64,000 nucleotides of DNA from the human T2T-CHM13v2.0 reference genome, Homo sapiens. The notes under the pieces are model-generated. The model was given only the letters and a program-made list of their open reading frames with translations. It was not told the DNA's origin and ran no database searches. The stretch lies in assembly GCF_009914755.1 (NCBI RefSeq), contig NC_060925.1; one strand, written 5' to 3'. Shown here in pieces: positions 52,539 to 64,000 of the stretch. Position numbers and translations under genes: made by a program. Positions within the stretch are counted from its first letter, which is position 1, and the number at the start of each line of letters is the position of its first letter.

Positions 52539-54979
52539 CTATATATATATAAACACACATTTCCTTGTACATGCATAAAACACATCTGGAAAGTTACACG
52601 AGAAACCTCTGAGGTTTCTGGAGATGCAAACTGGGGGCATGAAGGCAGGGGAAAGGGAGAGACTTCACTGTTTACCTTTTTATTATTTTCCAATTTTAAA
52701 TCATTTGAATGTATAACTTGTCTAAAAATCAAATTTTAAAAGTTGAGGGAATTAACATTACAGAAAGTAACAAACCTCAAGGAAGCAGCCACCTTCACCA
52801 GATGGACAGTCTACCTCACTCTTCCCACGCTCCAGTAGTTACTGAATGCCAGTCCCCTCCCTCCATTCAGTCTGCCCAACCTGCTGGCCTTCTAGAGCCT
52901 CAGAGCAGTCCTATTCCCACACCTCCAAACACATCCATACACTGTGATGGTCGATCTGGGACCACCAGTTGAGAGGAAATGTGTTGTGTTTCCACTCTTC
53001 AGACAAACAGAGTGTTATTTTATTGAGGTTTGGGATTTTTTCTTGCATTAACAGGGTTTCTAGATCCCAGTAGGTGAATGAGAAAGAAGTATGCTTTTAT
53101 TGCATAAGGAATTTGTTTCTGATACACCAAAGTGATGATGTATGACTTTTCTTAAAGAAGTGGTTATTAGAAGAGTTAAAAATCAATAGAAACAAAAAGT
53201 CATAGGTATTGTTCCAATACTCCAGGAACATCACAATTTGGATTCTGTAGATGTGTGTAATATAATGTGTAATATTACATTCTGACAACCTCAAGTTGAA
53301 AACTGCACAGCTGAAGATCACTTATAGTCAATAACACTTTTCAAACTTTAATTTTAAATTCATTAAGTCTCTCCCTAATGTATCATACTTTTTAATAAAG
53401 GAAACTGTCAGATACGCTATAATACAGAGGAAAACGTTTATATACTCTTTCATTATAATTTTTCCACAACTTCCAAAATGAAGAAAAAGACATGGAAACA
53501 TTAAGTTCAGAGAATAATTGTGGCAGACAATTCCCTCCTCCTGAAAGTTCAATTACCCCAACACAGGCAAAATTTCTTACCAACTCAAAAGGAACTGAAT
53601 TCACATATAAAGACAAACGTGGGATTCTGTTGAGTTCTGTTGGACACAGAACACAATTGCTCAAGCACTGGTTGGGCACCTGTATTCTAATAGCTCACGA
53701 TTACTGAGCACTCCATGTCTGGGAAGAGCCAGTGCTGGGTGCCTGGCATGCATCCTTGCACCTCATCAGCACAACTATCCTATGGGCTCATCCTGGTTCA
53801 CCTATTTTATAAAAGAGAACACTAGAATCAGAGAAGTTAAAAAATTTGCCTAAAAACATCCAGAGTAGGTTTCATCATTGCCCACTACTTTATAATGCTT
53901 TCCCAAGGGTACTGAGACGTTATCAAAACATGTTAGTGAAACAGTCTAAAACATCACAAATTTTAGGTTTAATACAAAATACCCAGAAAAGGGCAGCGTT
54001 ATTAGAAATCTCAGCATAATGTAATAATAAGAACTTATGATGATTGTATTCTTTTCCTATTTTTTCTCCCGTACAGGCATATGAAATACCATAAAACTTA
54101 TTTTAGTGGTGTGTGTGTACATGTAGTTTCAGGATAATATAGTAATCTAAAACATTTTTAATATGGCAAAGTTTGGCAATACTAAATTTTTAAAAAGGAT
54201 TTTTATTTAGCAAACAGAAAGCAAAAATGTTGTCCAAGTAACATGCATTTATTTTATCCCTAGGAATGTACCTTTCCTTCTGCAAAGGATGTGAGATCCT
54301 GGCATGTAAAGGAACGTGAGGGACTAGTCATGAAAATACTGTATATTCAATTCCTTAAATTCTAAAATTGTCTTAGCATTTAACATCTAACACACTAAAC
54401 AATCTTTTTTCATATTCAATAAAAATAAAGACAAATTCAGTAAATTCAGATGGGCTATTTTATCACGTAAATTTTAAAAAAGCAAGGGTAATTTTTCAAC
54501 TGATTTTCTTTTACCATGATACGAGTCAATGAGAAAATATGAAATTGAAACATATCACCATTTCTCAGTGTTTACAAGTGGTAAGTCACAAGGAAAACCT
54601 TCCAAGATCTTCTGTGTTGTTTTTAAAAGGTATTATAATCACATAATTTGGGAAACAATGTGTACTATTATCAAGAAACCTTTCATATTTTGTGAAATGG
54701 AGCACTTCCCAAATTTAAGAGACTATGGAAACCTTTTTCAGACATTTTTTAACATCCTCAGAAATGGAAATTCTTGTTAATGCTGATCTGATCAATTCCT
54801 CCAAGTATATGGACTACTTCTTTGCAAACTCCAAGCCCCCAAATCAAATTACCTGTTCAACTGTATCTGAAAATCAGTTACATACAAGCATCAGAAAGTG
54901 TTTCTCCCAGCAACATAGACCCAAAACACACTACAAAACAAAAATTATCAAGAACATACAAAAGACATATCTTTTCATG

Positions 54980-55730
<751 letters not shown>

Positions 55731-55750
55731 TCTGTTCATATGGACTCTAA

Positions 55751-56862
<1,112 letters not shown>

Positions 56863-57357
56863 GAATTCAGCTAGAAAAACCTTATATTTACTTTGATTAA
56901 GAAAATGTTTATAAACCAATACTTTATGATGCACACTGGTGAATATGAAGTTATACCTGAAGTAATATTAAATGACAGCTTTTCCATTTCTAGAATGTAT
57001 GCCTCAACTACCTTAACTTAAACATGGTATTATCCAAGCTCACAGTATCTGAGAAGGTTTGTGTCGTTATCTAGCAAACTAAAGTCAAGACCTCTGTATT
57101 TCCCCACCTGTGATCTTCAAAGATATGGTGCTCCTTGAGATTTCTGTAAGGTAGGTCTGTTCTAAAATGTGTGAAAGGAAGAGAACCCGAAAAGGCAAGG
57201 TCTAAGAAGATCACTCATTTGGAGATGGCAAGGGTCACATCGGGGTTATCTAAGTCAGTGTGATTTACCCTTTGGTAAACCATACACATATTTCAAAAGT
57301 TACTTTATATGCTGTAATTCTTGCACACATATTTCACGGAAAATAAATTAGTATTAC

Positions 57358-57570
57358 CTCGACTATCATCCATATCACCATCCCTTGAATGTTCTGATTG
57401 GATGTCTGGAGGGGTCTGAAGGACGGCCACGCTATTCTGATTTATAATCTTCAATTTCAGTTTTGGTTTTGACAGTTTTCTTCTTGGAACTGTAACTGTG
57501 AGGCTCTGTAACTGAGTCTTCCCTGATTCAGTCAAACACACACCATCCTGGGTATAAGTCTTGGGTGGGT
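57358..57570 (-). pseudogene. KMT2CP: KMT2C-like exon (213 bp)
   Basis: ttttag|DPPKTYTQDGVCLTESGKTQLQSLTVTVPRRKLSKPKLKLKIINQNSVAVLQTPPDIQSEHSRDGDMDDSR|gtaata. Confidence 0.95.
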
Positions 57571-57807
57571 CTAAAATTACAAAATCCCAAGAATACAAAT
57601 TTAAACTTTCATTTTAAGTTTGACCGATTACTGTTCCAAAATACCCATGTCAAGGGAATGTGACTGTAGTTCTAGAAAGTAATTACGTATCTATGAAATG
57701 CATGAATAATTAATTTCATGATACCCAATAAAAACTAGGAACAATAGGTCAAACTTCCTTGGATTATAGGCAGAAATGTTACATGTTTTTAAAAAATGGT
57801 CTTCCTG

Positions 57808-58138
<331 letters not shown>

Positions 58139-58836
58139 TTAGAAGCACTGCAAATATATGCAATGCTCAGCTAATCCACTATGAGCTTTTTCCTGGAAAA
58201 GATCAAAAGGCAGGGATCTATTTACACAAGAGAAGAGAGAATACTCCAGAAGCTCATCTGGAAAAATCAGAGTATCAACATAATTACTAATAGGGAGAAG
58301 TAATAAATAAGTACAAATCCTGCAGATTTAATTTTAAATGTACAAAACTGTTGTTCCTTAGAACAATTTCTGTACTATCCAAATGTTTTTGTATCAGGTG
58401 CTATTAAATACAAGTATTCAAAAGAATGACTGTTTAATAAGAATATCATATTAATCACCATACTAGGCTTATTAATTATTTTAAAAAATTAAGAGATTGA
58501 ATTAATTCTAAAAGAAATCTGCTTGCTAACTAGGCCGTATTTTCTGTTAACTGATAATTAAGCACAGTAATATATCAATGAAACCAAAGCAAGTATGGCA
58601 TTAATGGTTATTCTAAGAGCTGTTATTTTTGTTGCCAACTTGCTGAAATTTATAGGAATACTGCCCCAGTAAAGCTGGATGACATTTTATATATCATTGT
58701 GGAAATGATTACCAACATTACAGAATTTGGATAGAACACCCATATGATTGAAGCAGATTTTACAAGTGGTAAGCCAATTATGTAAAAATTAAGCAAAGTA
58801 AATTAATTAAATTAAGTAAAGCATTTCAAATTTTAA

Positions 58837-58902
58837 CTAGCTCTTTTACTTTTGTGACAATTTGTGCTACAAGTGAAGATCCACAGCAGTCTGAGGAAGG
58901 CA
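58837..58902 (-). pseudogene. KMT2CP: KMT2C-like exon (66 bp) with non-GT donor
   Basis: tttcag|(V)PSSDCCGSSLVAQIVTKVKEL followed by TTaaaa where GT is expected. Confidence 0.9.
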
Positions 58903-59409
58903 CTGAAATGAAAAAAAAAAAATCCAGGTAATTCTTTTCAGAAAAGGTAGAGTGTATTTACATACTTACATATGATTAAAATTTCTGTTTCTATACTCAT
59001 TTTATTAAAATAAATGTTTGAACACTAAAGTTAAAAGCACTTTTTAAAGCAACAACAAAACAAGAAGTGATGAAGGAAATACTCAAGTCATGGAGGAAAA
59101 CCTGGCTAAGAAAGAATCAACACATTGGATTTTAACATATTGTCAATAACTACAAGATCATGTTCCTTGGAAGCAAAATTATAGTTTACATCTAAAGTAT
59201 ATGCTTTTTATTGTTTCATGTAAATTGTTTTATAACAAGTTGTGATAAGTCATGTATAACCAACAATAATATTTTTCATAAAATACTTGTCAAAGTAAGT
59301 TTCACAAAGACAAAATAGAGTAGAGCTAAGCTAATTCATTGGTTATGGACAGTAAGGTGCAAGTGAGTGGTACAAGAGTGCAGACTCACAGTTTAAATTA
59401 TTCTCTTAC

Positions 59410-59519
59410 CATTAGACGCAGGCATATAGGGTCTGCACATGTTACAATCAAAACCAATGTCTGCTACATTTTCCACTTCTTCCTCAGTATTTAAGTTCTG
59501 ACGAACTGCATGCATCCAT
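59410..59519 (-). pseudogene. KMT2CP: KMT2C-like exon (110 bp)
   Basis: ttttag|..WMHAVRQNLNTEEEVENVADIGFDCNMCRPYMPASN|gtaag. Confidence 0.93.
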
Positions 59520-60345
59520 CTAAAAAGACCATATTTGTACATTTTTTTAAAAAAATGGAATATACTGAGAACTGCTACCTTTTAAAAGCTGTAACACTGA
59601 GTCATCAAACTTAAAAGCCCTAAGCCTCACATGCTCCTCCTACCTTGCCCTTTTCTCCTAACTATCCCTATTAACAGAAAAACTTTCATAGAGCTAAGGA
59701 GGAAATAAAAAGGAATGAGAACAACTATTAGAGAGGAAGCAAAGCACATTACATAAGGAAGCTAATTATTTTATCATCATATATTAAATATTTCAAAGAC
59801 AGCAAGGAAGCTAGTTAGGGCAAACACAAAGGTATTCAGAAAACGGCAAATGGCAGTGCTAGCATATATGGGCTCCAGGCAATGCATCTAACTTGAAGTA
59901 GACATATATCATGGAAAGCGATGTTGAATGGTAATTGGGAAATAAAGTAAAAAGTTGTCTTGCAATGGAACAGATAATTAGTAGCCAGAGTCCCAAGAAT
60001 ACTGTACTACTGATAAGATAATACTATCAATATATGTTCACTGCTTAACTTCTAAAGAGTACAACAATATACCAATGAAAGCAAGGAAACATTCTTGATT
60101 TTGAAATTCCACATAATTACGTAGGGAGGGCAGAAGGTGCTATCTAATACCTAGATATCTAGTATCTAGAGCTTCTAGAGAAAGTGGTTTAAGGAGAACA
60201 GAAAGTGTTAGATATTTTTTATAATCTATTAAAAGATTCAGAAATCCTTCATAAGAAACAGCATAGATGAAGGCAATAATTCTCCATCTAATTTCAAGGG
60301 ATTCCTAAACCCTCAAAAAGGCCTAAATTAAAAATCTTCAGTCTT

Positions 60346-60696
<351 letters not shown>

Positions 60697-60850
60697 TCAA
60701 TTCTGTAAGTTTCTAGGTGACTAAAAATCTACAAGGCAAAAAGCTCTGTACCTAAAACTTGTGATTAAGGAAAAGCTATTTTCCATTTTTTTTTTTTTTG
60801 CTACATTTCAAAGAGAAAAGCTTTAAAAAGATGAAAAAATAGCACAATAC

Positions 60851-61015
60851 CTATCACATTGTCTTCATTGCAGAATAAGATCTTCTTCTTTATAGTTTCA
60901 ATAGCAGACTGGACAGGAAGATAAACTTGCACAAGGAGCGCACTGTGTGTAATTGTTCTGCCATTCACATCTTAGACCTGCAGATGTTGCTCCACAGTGT
61001 CTGCACCAAACACAC
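60851..61015 (-). pseudogene. KMT2CP: KMT2C-like exon (165 bp) with two premature stops
   Basis: CVWCRHCGATSAGLRCEWQNNYTQCAPCASLSSCPVCY*NYKEEDLILQ*RQCD, with TGA at 60898-60900 and 60865-60867. Confidence 0.94.
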
Positions 61016-61270
61016 CTGAAATCCAAATCCCCCCGAAAAGTCTCAATTTTATTTTCTTAGTTATTCAGTTACTGTAATTCAGGAAGCTACATACGAACAT
61101 AATGGGGCAAATGATTTAATGTGTATGTGAAAATTTTTCTGATTAGTGGTATCTATCATAGAATATGTGTATTATTCAATTAAATAGGTATGGCTAATTT
61201 TTAAAAACTAAAGTGGTATGAGAAAGCTCTGAACTTGAAAGACTAACAAGGCAAACAAACCCTAGAGAAC

Positions 61271-61452
61271 CATTTGCACTTCCAGTCTCCTTTGGGAACT
61301 GTCTGCAATGGAGGGTCTAGGCAGTAGGTGTGATAACTTATGTCACAATCATCACACAGCAGGAATCTTCCTGGGTCAGTTGCCTTCCCACAGGCCTCAC
61401 ACACAGTGCACTCAAGACACCTCCAACCTTTGCTAAGAACCACTTTAGTGAT
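61271..61452 (-). pseudogene. KMT2CP: KMT2C-like exon (182 bp), PHD finger
   Basis: ttttacag|ITKVVLSKGWRCLECTVCEACGKATDPGRFLLCDDCDISYHTYCLDPPLQTVPKGDWKCKW. Confidence 0.95.
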
Positions 61453-63053
61453 CTGTAAAAGAAACAACCAATCCATGTGATTTATGCATTAACCTAACAT
61501 AATCAAATATACTATATAAATTAATATGGTGCTTATGTACCTAGAAGCAGAAAGGGGCAATCAACTAACATTTATTGAGCGCCTACGGAGGCCCAATACT
61601 GGGTTGGGCATGTTCATACACGCTTTTAGGAGGCTACTGAGCAGAATAATAGAAAATGGCACATATTTTAATGCCTTTTTAAAGTCCACATAATTACCTT
61701 ATGCTGTACATTTAATGTCCACTGTATTTATAGATATAGTGACCAGATTTTAAAGAAATCAAGTAAGCTTCACTATTATTGATACATAATTTGAAAATAC
61801 ATCAACAAAATCTCCATCTACATTTCCATGCTTAGAATCAATAGAAAAAATACCAAAAAAAATAATGTAAAGCATGAGTTCTTAGGGACATTTTATGATC
61901 TTAGAAGATTTCTATTTAGACTATGAAGCTAGGAATTCTGAAGTTCACATTCACTCCTCTGTTTATTCTCCCCTCTCTCAAGGGTATAAGTTAGCAGAAT
62001 ATTTGGGAATTTCCAAATCCCTAACAAACTCCTGAAGGAAGCCACACCATGTAATATTAAGATTGCGGAACTTCTTAAAGATCTCAAAAGACTAGGATCC
62101 TCAGACAGAACCAATCAAGTGCCCACATTATAATGAAACAGCAAGTAATGAGGGTACAGAATAAAAATTCAGATCATGAGGTACAAGAAAGCCTAAAAGC
62201 TACCAGAGAAGAAAATAAAAGAGTTAAATTCAAAGGAACACCCATCAGAATGGCACAAAACTTCCCAACTCCAGATGCTAGAAGAGTATAATCTTCCAAT
62301 TCTACAGGAAAATACTTTTCAAAGTACAATTCTCAACCTAGCTACACAAGCAACTATGTGTGAAGACAGAATACGTTGTAGACACAGGAAGACTCAAAAT
62401 TCAGCTCCTTCTTTCTCCTTCTAATAAAGTTACTTAGAGATATGCAGAACAGAATGAGGATGTATTACAAAGAAAAGGAAGACTTGGGATCTATAAATCA
62501 ACAGATCCGACAAAGGACATCAGGCCAGGGAAGTTTAAGGATGAGAACAACACACCCAGAAGCCACTGGCACATATCAGAGCAGGAGAAGGGAATGTCTA
62601 GAAAGAGGGTAGGACTTCTCCCAGAAAAAAACAGTACTTTAAAAAATAATCTTATATGATAGTTCTATAGTAGGCAAAAACAAAGTACGAATGGAGAGTC
62701 ACTATTACTTTCTTGTTATTAAAAACTCCATGAAAGACAAAAGAAACTCATAGTATACTGTTTAGATCTGCAGTGAACATTTACTGAGTCATAACCAACA
62801 CCTTATTAATTGAACTAAACATAGTAATACAACTATATTGGGAGAAGGAAGGAGGTGTATTTTAAGACCTAAATCAGAATTTATTTATTCACAGCAGAAA
62901 GTCAACAAAATCTAGCATTGATAAAGCAGTAAACCAGTTGATTATTTAGAGCTATAGCATTAACCGCAAGAAAAAAGACCTGAAAAGATTAAAAGTGATT
63001 CCCTCAGATGTGGACGTAGAGTAAGACAAGAGTTGGTTGTTCATTACAAGGCC

Positions 63054-63356
63054 TTTTTTTTTTTTTTTTTTTTTTGAGATGGAGTCTTGCTCTGTTGCCT
63101 GGGCTGGAGTGCAGTGGTGTGATCTCAGCTCACTGCAACCTCCGGCTCCCATGTTCAAATAATTCTCCTGGCTCAGCCTCCTGAGTAGCTAGGACTAGAG
63201 GAATGAGCCACCACACTCGGCTAATTTTTGTATTTTTAGTAGAGATGGGGTTTTACTGTGTTGGCCAGGCTGGCTTGAACTCCTGCCCTCAAGTGATCCA
63301 CCCACCTCGGCCTCCCAAAGTGCTGGGATGACAGGTGTGAGGCACCACACCTGGCC
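63054..63356 (-). mobile_element. AluS element
   Basis: TSD cattac(a/g)aggc. Confidence 0.92.
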
Positions 63357-63509
63357 CATTACGAGGCTTTTAATGTCATTTGATTTTTAAACATGTATAT
63401 TTATTATTTTGATTAGCTTATTGATTTTTAAGAATTTGTCTTAGATTACCAAGTTAGTATATTATTTGCCCAAATGAAGGAAATGGCCTGGGGTAAGATC
63501 AGAGTGGCT

Positions 63510-63737
63510 TAGAGCAGTAGCCAGCAAACATTTCCAATAAAGGGCCAGAGAGTAAACAGAAAGTTTTGAGGGCCATATGATCTGTTGCAACTTTATAAAA
63601 ACTCTGCCAGTGTAATGCAAAAACCGCTACAAATATATGTAAACAAAAGAACTTGGCCATATTTCAATAAAAGTTTATTTGCAAACACAGGAAATGGGCC
63701 AGATTTAGTCTATGGGCCAGTCTGCCTGACCCTGGCT
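63510..63737. mobile_element. MER58-type hAT DNA transposon
   Basis: cagcaaac...aaagggccagagagtaaa...ttcaataaaagtttattt...gggccagattt...tgcctgaccctg. Confidence 0.75.
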
Positions 63738-64000
63738 TAAACAATGACCTGAAGACAAAGTGGCAGACAGATCTGAGGTGTTTAGTGGCAGAATTTTTAA
63801 AATATTTATCTTCATTCCTACTAAGTTTTCTTCACAGATACCTGTGGTCCCTTTTACAACCAAACTCTCACGTTTCTCCGCTTATATTCACTCTTCAAAA
63901 CACTACAGTCTGGTCTCTACACCCACATCCACTCATAACTGCTTAAGCCAGGCTTGTCAAGACCTTCTTATTCTCAAATCTAATGGAAACATTAGTGTTT

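Overview
Human (hominoid) non-coding DNA rich in Alu, L1, MIR, L2 and MaLR repeats, with no intact protein-coding gene. The window is a pericentromeric-type mosaic of unprocessed segmental-duplication blocks, and all gene remnants lie on the minus strand. Left to right: (1) repeat-rich DNA of unidentified origin (1 to ~15.7 kb); (2) a GC-rich partial LSP1 copy with two recognisable coding exons and a strong upstream donor site (~15.7-20.76 kb); (3) a subtelomeric TAR1 block and a ~220-bp degenerate interstitial (TTAGGG)n tract (20.76-21.67 kb), fused to a broken L1PB; (4) a DRD5-derived block holding a 5S rRNA pseudogene and a full-length but disabled dopamine D5 receptor pseudogene with its CpG island and polyA signal, apparently ending at a monomeric Alu near 48.7 kb; (5) a KMT2C (MLL3) pseudogene fragment with five PHD-region exons (57.4-61.5 kb). 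This order fits the LSP1P-DRD5P-KMT2CP cassettes I recall at 2p11.1 and 1q21.1, but I cannot tell which copy this is. The best candidate for a new system is a de novo transcription unit built at a fossil chromosome end. There, a captured TAR1/TERRA-type promoter could drive a spliced LSP1-derived RNA with a strong-Kozak micro-ORF leftwards and a telomeric-repeat RNA rightwards. Repeat subfamily names and parent-gene comparisons come from recalled consensus sequences, not from searches.
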